In this document: positions 14,144 through 22,378 of the stretch, piece after piece
Position numbering within the stretch: position 1 is the stretch's first letter
Layout: each line of letters starts with the position of its first letter
Source of the DNA: Candidatus Iainarchaeum sp.
GTDB taxonomy: Archaea; Iainarchaeota; Iainarchaeia; Iainarchaeales; CSSED10-239
Assembly: GCA_028700115.1 (NCBI GenBank)
Contig: JAQVTI010000010.1
Location: 1 to 32,000 of the forward strand
Length of the DNA: 32,000 nucleotides
Direction of reading: 5' to 3'
Notes under the pieces: model-generated
The model's database searches: none
Seen by the model: the letters and a program-made list of their open reading frames with translations, nothing else
Told to the model about the DNA's origin: nothing
Translations under genes and position numbers: made by a program

Positions 14144-14466
14144 TTAAAAAATCAAAAGTAGTTTTTATTGATAATAAAATTGAAAAAATATTTTATAAAT
14201 TAGACGATAATGATCCTATTAAAAAATCAATTATCAAAGCAATAAAAGAACTTAAACAAAATGCTTTTTCAGGAATACAGATACCTAAAAAGTTAATTCC
14301 TAAAGAATATATTAAAAAATATAAAATAAATAATTTATGGAAATAGAATTTATCTAAAGGTTAGAGATTATTGTACACTGTAGTTTCTAAAGATGAGATA
14401 GAAATAATAACTGCAATTTTAGAATGGTTTAATCATAAAAAATACGAACATAAAATGAAATATTAA
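14140..14466 (+). pseudogene. RelE/ParE-superfamily toxin homologue interrupted by two in-frame TAG codons
   Basis: A single frame reads ...IQIPKKLIPKEYIKKYKINNLWK*NLSKG*RLLYTVVSKDEIEIITAILEWFNHKKYEHKMKY*. The stops are at 14344-14346 and 14362-14364. They fall where relatives usually have aromatic residues (LWK-Y-x-L...G-W/Y-R-L-L-Y). There is no frameshift. Confidence 0.6.
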
Positions 14467-14473
14467 TTTACTC

Positions 14474-14533
14474 TTTCTCGGCCAGATGCCCTGCTTGAAA
14501 ATAGATATATTCTTCCTTAACCTTAAATATATA
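14474..14533 (+). repeat. copy B of the 60-nt imperfect direct repeat
   Basis: tttctcggccagatgccctgcttgaaaatagatatattcttccttaaccttaaatatata. See copy A. Confidence 0.85.
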
Positions 14534-14554
14534 CAACCATTTTTTAAAATCTCA

Positions 14555-14578
14555 AAAGACCTTTTATAGAAGGTCTTT
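14555..14578 (+). other. 9-bp stem / 6-nt loop hairpin between repeat B and radC
   Basis: aaagacctt-ttatag-aaggtcttt has perfectly complementary arms. It lies 17 nt upstream of the radC ATG and could be a 5'-UTR structure or a terminator of the upstream cassette. Confidence 0.35.
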
Positions 14579-14594
14579 CTCCCTTCCCCTTAAC

Positions 14595-15263
14595 ATGAGG
14601 TTAAAAGAGATCTCTCCAGAAAACAGACCGATTGAGAGAATGGAATATTTTGGAGAGGAAAGCTTATCAAATTCCGAACTGCTTGCAATCATTCTAAAGA
14701 CAGGAACTAGAAAAACTAATATCCTAGATTTATCAAACCATATTTTAAATAAATATACTCTTGAAAAACTTAGAAACTGCTCACAACAAGAACTCTGCAA
14801 GATACATGGTATAGGAAAAATTAAAGCTTGCCAGATAAAAGCAATCTTTGAGCTTCACAAAAGAATCTCAACTCCACAAACAAAAGAACTTACTAAAATA
14901 TATTCGCCTAAACAAATTGTAGATATTTTAAAACCTGACTTTGAAGGAAAAGAACAAGAGCATTTAATATGTATTTTTCTTAAATCAAATATAATTATTT
15001 CAAAAAAAATAATCACAATAGGCACAAACAATCAAACATTAATCTCAAATAAAGATATTCTAAAACATGCAATTAAACAAACAGCAGACAGCATAATTAT
15101 CTCACATAACCATCCACAAGGAGATCCAACTCCATCAAAAGATGATAGACTGGCTACCAAAAAACTTAAAGATGCATGTAACTCTATTGAGATAATTCTT
15201 CTAGATCATATTATAATAGGAGATAATAACTATTTTAGTTTTAAAGAAAACCAGATTATATAA
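14595..15263 (+). CDS. radC: RadC-like JAB/MPN domain protein
   Basis: MRLKEISPENRPIERMEYFGEESLSNSELLAIILKTGTRKTNILDLS...ELCKIHGIGKIKACQIKAIFEL (HhH region), then IIISHNHPQGDPTPSKDD (JAMM-type H-x-H-P-x-G...S-x-x-D). Confidence 0.88.
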   Translation: MRLKEISPENRPIERMEYFGEESLSNSELLAIILKTGTRKTNILDLSNHILNKYTLEKLRNCSQQELCKIHGIGKIKACQIKAIFELHKRISTPQTKELTKIYSPKQIVDILKPDFEGKEQEHLICIFLKSNIIISKKIITIGTNNQTLISNKDILKHAIKQTADSIIISHNHPQGDPTPSKDDRLATKKLKDACNSIEIILLDHIIIGDNNYFSFKENQII

Positions 15264-15319
15264 AGTATTAAAAAGACATACATATACTTATATTTTATAT
15301 AATTTAAAAGTGAGGACTT

Positions 15320-15796
15320 ATGAAATTTAAATTTTTAGGAATACTTTGTATACTTTCTTTAGTTTTACTTACAAGCACAGTTTCTGCTGAAATTGATTTA
15401 GAAAATATAGATTTTGGATATTATTTTAACAATTTAGAAGAAGCAGGACAAGAACTTCAAGAAAATGTATATCAACTTCCAAATTTTATTAAAAAACAAT
15501 TAGATAAAGAAATAATATATCTTGAACTTGAAGATATTAACACAACTTACAAAGTTAAGATTGAAAAGATTGAAGAAAAATATACAATCACAAAAGAAAA
15601 CCTTGAAAACTACACAATTGAAATTAAAACTACAGTTGCAAAACTTCAAGAACTTCTAAACTCAGAAGACAAGATGGATGATTTTAATAAAGCTTTAAAA
15701 AACGGATATATCACAATAAAAGGGAAAGGATTTTTTAATAGCTTACAAACTGGACTTGCTAAATTTTTCTTAAAAGTAGGAAGTTTATTTTCTTAA
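15320..15796 (+). CDS. secreted hypothetical protein
   Basis: Sec-type signal MKFKFLGILCILSLVLLTSTVSA|EIDL. The rest is acidic and coiled with no recognised family. Its stop shares the tetranucleotide TTAA (15793-15796) with the convergent tgt stop. Confidence 0.5.
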   Translation: MKFKFLGILCILSLVLLTSTVSAEIDLENIDFGYYFNNLEEAGQELQENVYQLPNFIKKQLDKEIIYLELEDINTTYKVKIEKIEEKYTITKENLENYTIEIKTTVAKLQELLNSEDKMDDFNKALKNGYITIKGKGFFNSLQTGLAKFFLKVGSLFS

Positions 15797-16896
15797 ATTT
15801 TATAATTTTTTAAAAAATCTATCTGGAAACTTTCAAAGTTTCCTTCTTTTATTTTTTTTCTTGCTTCTTCTATTAATCTATGAATAAATCTTATATTATG
15901 CATAGACATTAAAATTTTAACACCAGGTTCATTTAATCTATATAGATGATATAAATAAGCTAAAGTATGTTTTTTACAACAAGGACAATCACAATCTTTT
16001 TCTACTTTTTCAAAGTTTTCTTTATAGATTGCTTTTTTTATATTAATAGGTCCTTTTCTTGTAAATAAAATTCCATGTCTTGCCATCTTTGTAGGATAAA
16101 TAGAATCAAAACAATCCACCCCTTTTCCAATAGCTTGAATAATATCTTCAGGAGACCCAACACCCATTAAATATTTTATTTTACCTCTATCTATATGCTC
16201 TAGAGAATAATCAATTGCCTTGTGCATGTTTTCTTTTGACTCACCTAAAGCAAGACCACCAATTGCAATTCCATCAAATGGTAGAGAATTAATTTCTTTT
16301 GCACATTTTTCTCTTAAATCTTTATATATCCCACCCTGAACTATTCCAAAAAGTAATTGATCTTTATTTTTATGTACTTTTATAGCTCTTTTTGCCCAAT
16401 CAATAGTTCTATTTACTGCAATTTCATAGTCTTTTTTAGTTTTATGTGCATCTTGCATATCATCTAAAATCATAGCAACATCAGAAGATATATTATTTTG
16501 AAGTTTGATTACTCTTTCAGGAGACATAAAATGTTTATCTCCATTAAAAGGTGATCTAAACCAAACTCCTTTATTATTTATCTTAATCATAAATTCTGGA
16601 TTTTTTAATTGAAAACCTCCAGAATCTGTAAAAATTCCACCTTTCCAATTTATAAAATTATGATAATCTTTTGTTTTTTTTAAAAGATCTTCTCCTGGTT
16701 TTAGATAAAGTAAATATGAATTTGAAATAAAACATTTTGTATTCAATTTTTCTAATTGATCTAAAGTTAAATACTTAGCAATACCTTTTGTTACTACAGG
16801 CATAAAAAAAGGAGTTTTAATTTCTGCATGCTTAGTTTTTAAAACACCTGTTCTTGCAAGTGTATTTTTATCTTTTTTAGAAATTGTAAAACACAT
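15793..16896 (-). CDS. tgt: tRNA-guanine transglycosylase family protein, catalytic core only
   Basis: TPFFMPVVTKG; IFTDSGGFQL (catalytic Asp); LFGIVQGG; GIAIGGLALGE; YLMGVGSPEDI; DCFDSIYPTKMARHG; Zn site CDCPCCKKHTLAYLYHL. At 367 aa it has no C-terminal PUA-containing extension. Confidence 0.88.
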   Translation of the reverse strand: MCFTISKKDKNTLARTGVLKTKHAEIKTPFFMPVVTKGIAKYLTLDQLEKLNTKCFISNSYLLYLKPGEDLLKKTKDYHNFINWKGGIFTDSGGFQLKNPEFMIKINNKGVWFRSPFNGDKHFMSPERVIKLQNNISSDVAMILDDMQDAHKTKKDYEIAVNRTIDWAKRAIKVHKNKDQLLFGIVQGGIYKDLREKCAKEINSLPFDGIAIGGLALGESKENMHKAIDYSLEHIDRGKIKYLMGVGSPEDIIQAIGKGVDCFDSIYPTKMARHGILFTRKGPINIKKAIYKENFEKVEKDCDCPCCKKHTLAYLYHLYRLNEPGVKILMSMHNIRFIHRLIEEARKKIKEGNFESFQIDFLKNYKI

Positions 16897-16919
16897 ATAT
16901 AATCAACAACTTTATTTTT

Positions 16920-17783
16920 TTAAAATATAAGAAATAAATATTTAGAAACTAATAAAAAAACAATAAGTCCTAAAAAAATAAAAGGACCAAACTTAGGAAG
17001 ATTATAATAAATTGGAAGTTTTTTTATTTTTTTAGATTTTTTAAATCTTAAGATATCTTTTTCTTCAATAACTGTTCTGTTTTTTAATTTTAAATCTTCT
17101 AAAGATAAATCTTTTAGATACTCAACAGCTAAAACATCTCCATCTTCTAGATCATTTACTAACTTATATTCTAAATAAATATATTCTTTAACTTCTTTTT
17201 CAAAAATCACAATAAAAAGCCCAAATAAAATAGGAATTAATATTAAAAAATATAAATAATTAAAATACAAAGTAGAAAAAGAATATATAAGCATAAATAA
17301 AAATATTAAAAAGAAAAATACAGATTTAATTATATAATTTATTTTAGATTTTAATAAATCTAAAAATTTAATTTTTTTAATTCTAAAAACTTTAATAAGT
17401 TTAAATGAATAGACTATAGAAATTATAAAAACAGATAATAATGAAGAAAATAAAATTACCCAAAGAATAGTTAGTTGATTATTTAGATAAGGCAAAACTA
17501 AATGAAGACCAATAAATAATTTAATATCCCCTCCTCCAAGTTTCCCAAAATAATACAACAAATATCCAATAAGATAAATTAAAACTCCTATTCCAATTAC
17601 TTTTAAAAAATAAATATAACCTAATAAATTAATTATAAAACAATCTAAAACTAAAAAGATTAATCCTAAACAAATTAATGGAAAGCTAAGCCAATTATAA
17701 ATATATCCTTTTTTAAAATCTGTATAGCTTGCAATAAAGCAAGCAATTACTATAACTATAATTTTTAAAATTAACAAATCCAT
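16920..17783 (-). CDS. A24-family prepilin/preflagellin peptidase (PibD/FlaK-like)
   Basis: Polytopic membrane protein with the two aspartate motifs: ASYTDFKKGYIYNW near the N-terminus and GKLGGGDIKLFIGL. Confidence 0.75.
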   Translation of the reverse strand: MDLLILKIIVIVIACFIASYTDFKKGYIYNWLSFPLICLGLIFLVLDCFIINLLGYIYFLKVIGIGVLIYLIGYLLYYFGKLGGGDIKLFIGLHLVLPYLNNQLTILWVILFSSLLSVFIISIVYSFKLIKVFRIKKIKFLDLLKSKINYIIKSVFFFLIFLFMLIYSFSTLYFNYLYFLILIPILFGLFIVIFEKEVKEYIYLEYKLVNDLEDGDVLAVEYLKDLSLEDLKLKNRTVIEEKDILRFKKSKKIKKLPIYYNLPKFGPFIFLGLIVFLLVSKYLFLIF

Positions 17784-17795
17784 ATTTTTTCAAAA

Positions 17796-19193
17796 TTATT
17801 TAAATTTAAAATTTTTTGCCATTTGTTCCATTTGTTTAGGGTCCATTCCTTCCATTTTAGATAAATCTGGTATTTTACCACCCATTTTTCTCATCATAGA
17901 ATTTATATTCCCACCACGTGCACCAAATTGTTTAAACATCTTCCTCATCTTTTTTACATGAGAAATCATTTCTCTAACTTCTTCAAATTTAGTTCCTGAA
18001 CCTTTAGAAATTCTTTCAATTCTACTTCTAGTAATATCTTGGGGAATTGAATTTAATTCATTTTTTGTAAAAGAATCAAGTATAAAACCATATTTTTTTA
18101 TTTTCTCTTGACCCATATTAAGTTGATCTTTAGGAATCTTACCACCTATTCCAAGCATATTTATAACTTTTGAAAAAGGACCTAATCTTTTTGTAGCTTT
18201 TAATTGCTTTTTAAAAAGATTAAAAGTAAAGTCTCCTTTCATAAGCTCTTGAGCCATTTTTTCATCAATATCTTCTTCAGTTCCAAGTTCTTTAATTTTT
18301 TCTAAAAGACCTTCTAAATCCCCAAAACCTAAAATTCTAGAAAGATATCTATTTGCATCAAATATTTCTATATCTTCTAACTTTTCACCAGTTCCTATAA
18401 AATAAATAGGGGATTTTGTAATATAACATGCAGTTAATGCTCCACCACCTTTAGCAGAACCATCAAGCTTAGAAATTATAACCCCATTAATACCAATTGC
18501 TTGGTTAAACTTTTCTGCTTGTTCTTTTGCAGCTTGACCAATATCAGCTGAAAGAACTAAAAATGAATATTTTGGTAAAAAAACAGAATTAATATCTTTA
18601 ATTTCTAGAGTTAATTGATCATCTAAAGCACTTCTTCCAGCAGTATCTACAATTATTAAATTAACTTTGTCTTTTAATTCTTCTAAACCTTTTTTAACAA
18701 TCTCACTTGCAATTTTTATAGATTTATCTCCATAAAAAAAACACCCCACCTTATCACATAACTGTTTTAATTGTTCATAAGCTGCAGGTCTAAAAACATC
18801 TGCACAAATTACACCTACTCTTTTTCCTCTTTTTCTATAAAAATTAGCAAGCTTTCCAGCACTAGTTGTTTTTCCAGAACCAAAAAGTCCACATAAAAGT
18901 ATTTTTTCTGGGTTTTCTTCTAATTTTTTTTCTTGGTCCCCACCTATGTTTTTTAAAATAATATCATAACAAATTTTTACAATATGTTCTTTTCTAGTTA
19001 ATTCTTCTGGGATTTTTTCAAAAGCTTTTTCTTCTATCTCTTTTGAAATTTTTAAAACTAATTGAATATTTACATCTGAAGAAATTAAAGCTCTTTGGAT
19101 ATCTTTAATTACTTCTTTTATTAGATCTTTATCAACATGAATAGAATATTTAACTTTATCAATTGCACTTTTTAACTTATCCCCAAAACCCAT
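17796..19193 (-). CDS. srp54: signal recognition particle protein SRP54
   Basis: GLFGSGKTTSAGKLA; DTAGR; SKLDGSAKGGGAL; Met-rich M domain (...MRKMFKQFGARGGNINSMMRKMGG...MEGMDPKQMEQM). The track start is a TTG; the ATG at 19193 (MGFGDKL) is preferred. Confidence 0.93.
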   Translation of the reverse strand: MGFGDKLKSAIDKVKYSIHVDKDLIKEVIKDIQRALISSDVNIQLVLKISKEIEEKAFEKIPEELTRKEHIVKICYDIILKNIGGDQEKKLEENPEKILLCGLFGSGKTTSAGKLANFYRKRGKRVGVICADVFRPAAYEQLKQLCDKVGCFFYGDKSIKIASEIVKKGLEELKDKVNLIIVDTAGRSALDDQLTLEIKDINSVFLPKYSFLVLSADIGQAAKEQAEKFNQAIGINGVIISKLDGSAKGGGALTACYITKSPIYFIGTGEKLEDIEIFDANRYLSRILGFGDLEGLLEKIKELGTEEDIDEKMAQELMKGDFTFNLFKKQLKATKRLGPFSKVINMLGIGGKIPKDQLNMGQEKIKKYGFILDSFTKNELNSIPQDITRSRIERISKGSGTKFEEVREMISHVKKMRKMFKQFGARGGNINSMMRKMGGKIPDLSKMEGMDPKQMEQMAKNFKFK

Positions 19194-19321
19194 ATATAAC
19201 AACTCTTTTATTATAAAAATACAACAAATACTAAAATATATTTATATATATTTAGTAAAGAAAGAAATATAAAGGGTTTATCTTATATAAAATAATAACT
19301 AAAGAAAAAAAGGTGAAACAA

Positions 19322-19456
19322 ATGCCAATTAAAAAAATATTCAAAAAAAAACAAAATAAAAAAATAATCCAAGAAAAAAGAAAAGGATTAACAGAAAAAG
19401 AAGCAATTGAAGAATTTAAAAAACATATTAGAGAACATACTAGAAAAACTAAATAA
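19322..19456 (+). CDS. small basic protein (44 aa), hypothetical
   Basis: MPIKKIFKKKQNKKIIQEKRKGLTEKEAIEEFKKHIREHTRKTK*. It is preceded by GGTGA (19312-19316) with a 5-nt spacer to the ATG. Its 3' end overlaps the convergent ftsY stop by 8 nt. It falls below the ORF-track length cutoff. Confidence 0.4.
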   Translation: MPIKKIFKKKQNKKIIQEKRKGLTEKEAIEEFKKHIREHTRKTK

Positions 19457-20936
19457 TCCTATTAACTATATAACTTGCAGAAAAATCTTCTAAATCATTA
19501 TAATTTTGACCTGTTCCTATAAAAAAAATTGGCTTTTTAAGCTCATTTAAAATAGAAATTGCAACACCACCTTTAGGGTCAGTATCTATTTTTGTTAAAA
19601 TAATTCCATCAAGACCAATCTCTGAATCAAATTTTGAAATTTGATCAACAATTGATTGCCCAGTTTGAGATTCTCCAATATATATTGTTATATGTGGTTT
19701 TATTACTCTTTTAATTTTTTCAAGTTCTCTTAATAAATTAGAATTTGTATCTTGTCTTCCAGCAGTATCTATTAAAACAATATCATAATTATTAGCTTTT
19801 GCAGAAGTAACAGTATCAAAAGCAACAGCAGCTGGATCAGAACCATAATTTTGTTTAATTATTTTAACTCCAATTCTATTTGCATGTTCTTGTAATTGAT
19901 CAATACTTCCTGCTCTAAAAGTATCTGAAGAAGATAAAATTATTTTTTTACCATTATCTTTAAATTTTTTTGCAAACTTTGCAATTGTAGTAGTTTTCCC
20001 AGCACCATTTGGACCAACAAATAAAATAATTAAAGGTTCTTGTAAATTTTTTGGAATAAATTTATTAAAATCACAATCAATATCAAGCTCTAAAAGTAAA
20101 CTTTCTTTAATCACATTTTTAATATCTTCCATTAAATTTTTTTTAGAAAAAGAAGCAGACTTTAACTGTTCTTTCAAACTATTTACAATTGCTTGAGAAG
20201 CATTTATTGAAACATCAGCTTCAAGTAAAGATAACTCAAAATCTTCTAAAAAAAAAGAAATATCACTTTCAGAGAGTTTAATTTTTGAAGAAAATAAAGA
20301 CTTTAACGAACTAGAAATACCTGTTTTTATAGAATCTTGCTTTTTAAAACTTAAATCTTGATATTCCTTTGAAGAAAAATCAATTTCTCTTTTAAAACCA
20401 GAAGCAAGCTCTTGTTTTGTAAAAGAATGACCACTTGGGGGGATATCTTGTTCTTTTTTAATTTTTATTTTTTGTTTTTCTATATATTCTTCTGATTTTA
20501 AAAAATTATTTGAATCTCGAGATAAATTTTGATTTTGTATAAGATCTTCTTCAACATCAGATTTTATTTTTTCTTCTTCAACATCAGATTTTATTTTTTC
20601 TTCTTCAGAAATGTTTTTAATTGAAATAGATTTATTTGACTTAACATTATTATTTATTATATTAATATTATTATTTTGACTGTCATTAGCTTCATGTCCA
20701 AGAAATAATGGTTTTTCCTTATTTAAAATATTTTCATCAGATTTTTCTAAAATATTTTTATTTTGAATAGTTTCAATATTTGATTTATTTTGTAAATCTT
20801 TAACTAAATTTTCAGATTTAAAATTATTATCTAAAATCTCTTTTGAATCTTTTAAAGAGTCTTTAACTTTTTCTTCTGATTTCCCAAAAACTTTTTCTGC
20901 AAACCCTTTAAATTTTTTTTTAAGCATCCCAAACAT
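19449..20936 (-). CDS. ftsY: SRP receptor FtsY with a long low-complexity N-terminal region
   Basis: NG domain: FVGPNGAGKTTTIAKFA; DTAGRQ; TKIDTDPKGGVAISI. The track start is a GTG; the ATG at 20936 (MFGMLKKKF) is preferred. Confidence 0.92.
   Translation of the reverse strand: MFGMLKKKFKGFAEKVFGKSEEKVKDSLKDSKEILDNNFKSENLVKDLQNKSNIETIQNKNILEKSDENILNKEKPLFLGHEANDSQNNNINIINNNVKSNKSISIKNISEEEKIKSDVEEEKIKSDVEEDLIQNQNLSRDSNNFLKSEEYIEKQKIKIKKEQDIPPSGHSFTKQELASGFKREIDFSSKEYQDLSFKKQDSIKTGISSSLKSLFSSKIKLSESDISFFLEDFELSLLEADVSINASQAIVNSLKEQLKSASFSKKNLMEDIKNVIKESLLLELDIDCDFNKFIPKNLQEPLIILFVGPNGAGKTTTIAKFAKKFKDNGKKIILSSSDTFRAGSIDQLQEHANRIGVKIIKQNYGSDPAAVAFDTVTSAKANNYDIVLIDTAGRQDTNSNLLRELEKIKRVIKPHITIYIGESQTGQSIVDQISKFDSEIGLDGIILTKIDTDPKGGVAISILNELKKPIFFIGTGQNYNDLEDFSASYIVNRII
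20546..20607. repeat. 27-nt in-frame tandem repeat (about 2.3 copies) inside ftsY
   Basis: cttcttcaacatcagattttatttttt is repeated at offset 27. It encodes EEEKIKSDV-EEEKIKSDV. Confidence 0.85.
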
Positions 20937-21048
20937 AAAAATCACTAATAATTATAAAATATATAAAATATTAAAGGTAAAAAGATTTAAATAATAAACT
21001 AGAATAAGATAAATTAAATAAAAATAAAAAAAAGATAAATTATAAAAA

Positions 21049-21504
21049 TTAGTTTACAACTTGTTTATCTTGTTTTTTATTTTCAGATATTTGCATTTGA
21101 TTTAATGCTTTTGAAATTTGTTGTAATAACCCTACATTCTTTCTATAACTTTCTGTAAATTTTTTTCTAAGATCTAAAAGTTCTTCTTTTCTTTTCTTTA
21201 AATCTTCTAAAATTACAGATAACTCTTTATCAATCATTATATTCCCTGGAAGAGTAACTTTTGCTTCTTTTTTATTAACAACTTCACATTCTACTAATAT
21301 CCCAGCACCAACATTAACCATTATTTGTTCTTTATCTTTTGACTTTGAAACTTCTTTTAATGTTTGCTCTGCTTTATTTACTTCTAATAATAAATTCTCA
21401 ATTTCTTTTAATCTAGATGTAATTCCAGATAATTCTTGTTCTTTTTGTTTATATAATGAAATTGTCTGATTTTTATTTAATGTAATTTTTTTATTTTCAA
21501 CCAT
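21049..21504 (-). CDS. pfdA: prefoldin alpha subunit
   Basis: Coiled coil, then beta-hairpin region (IMVNVGAGILVECEVVNKKEAKVTLPGNIMIDKE), then coiled coil. At 151 aa it sits in the conserved position next to ftsY. Confidence 0.75.
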   Translation of the reverse strand: MVENKKITLNKNQTISLYKQKEQELSGITSRLKEIENLLLEVNKAEQTLKEVSKSKDKEQIMVNVGAGILVECEVVNKKEAKVTLPGNIMIDKELSVILEDLKKRKEELLDLRKKFTESYRKNVGLLQQISKALNQMQISENKKQDKQVVN

Positions 21505-21564
21505 ATTTTCACCTTTTAAATATTTTCTATAAATATTTTATTTTAAAAACATTTTTTAAATAAA

Positions 21565-22236
21565 TTATTTAATATCTACAATTAAATCATCTATTCTTAA
21601 TAATTCAGCATTACTAGTTTTATTCCCAATAAATAAAACTTCTCTATTTCCAATAGCATCATTTCCAACAAATGACCCACCATAATTTAATGTAATAGGT
21701 ATGCCTTTTACTTTTAATTTTTTTGAAATATATTTATAATCTATTTCTGATATATTTGGATTTACTAAAAATAAATGATCATTAACATATAATGAAGATC
21801 CAATTAAATCTATTCCAGCAATATTTTTTTTTTCAATATCAACTTTTAAAAAAGAAGATATTTCTTTAATTGTTTGATCTTTTAAAAAATCTGCTGCAAA
21901 ACCATAATTTGAATTTAAACAAATTAAATTTCCTAATGCATTATAATCATTTATAACTTTTACTTTAATTTTTTCTTTTTCTAAAATATCAATTTCTTTT
22001 AAAATTGAATCATCTGTTCCAACAACAATTTTATCTTTAAGTCCAATTGAAAAAACCCCTAATAATGGAGATTGATTTATAGATGTTTTTATAATTTTTG
22101 TTTCTTTAAAATATTCTTTTAATACTTTTTCTTCTTTTTTTAGAATATTACTAGGAACTAAACAAAATTCTTCAGTTACAAAAGAATTTACCCCTAAATA
22201 AGGATTATTATTTATTGTAGTTTTTTTTAATTTCAT
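21565..22236 (-). CDS. eif6: translation initiation factor 6 (aIF6)
   Basis: 223 aa with the five-fold pseudo-repeat of the IF6 fold (NPYLGVNSFVTEEFCLVP...SPLLGVFSIGLKDKIVVG...ALGNLICLNSNYGFAA...GIDLIGSSLYVNDHLFLVNP...SFVGNDAIGNREVLFIG). It sits in the conserved position next to rpl31e. Confidence 0.82.
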   Translation of the reverse strand: MKLKKTTINNNPYLGVNSFVTEEFCLVPSNILKKEEKVLKEYFKETKIIKTSINQSPLLGVFSIGLKDKIVVGTDDSILKEIDILEKEKIKVKVINDYNALGNLICLNSNYGFAADFLKDQTIKEISSFLKVDIEKKNIAGIDLIGSSLYVNDHLFLVNPNISEIDYKYISKKLKVKGIPITLNYGGSFVGNDAIGNREVLFIGNKTSNAELLRIDDLIVDIK

Positions 22237-22378
22237 TTAAAATTACCTATTTAAAATTAATTATAAAATAAAAAAATAAAAGAAAAAAATTTCTTTTATT
22301 AATTGTTTTAGTTTATTTTTTCTTTAAAGAATAAAATAATTAAAAAAATCAAAAATAATTTATTTTTAGATCTATTAA

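Noticed and set aside
14344-14364. TAG reassignment, pyrrolysine or programmed readthrough as the explanation for the two in-frame TAGs in the RelE-like gene.
   Set aside because: TAG terminates aspS, ftsY, rps19e, the MATE gene, the large adhesin, the tRNA-binding protein and others at their expected C-termini in this same window. No tRNA-CUA or pyl genes were seen. Each TAG is one mutation away from Tyr or Trp codons.
13739-14533. Interpreting the 60-nt repeats as integron attC sites or as tRNA-derived att sites.
   Set aside because: I found no internal imperfect inverted repeat (R''/L''-L'/R' hairpin) in the 60-mer, no clear GTTRRRY/RYYYAAC pair and no tRNA-like segment. The only recombinase in the window is 13 kb away and tied to tRNA-Thr. 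The cassette idea is kept as a weak alternative in the finding.
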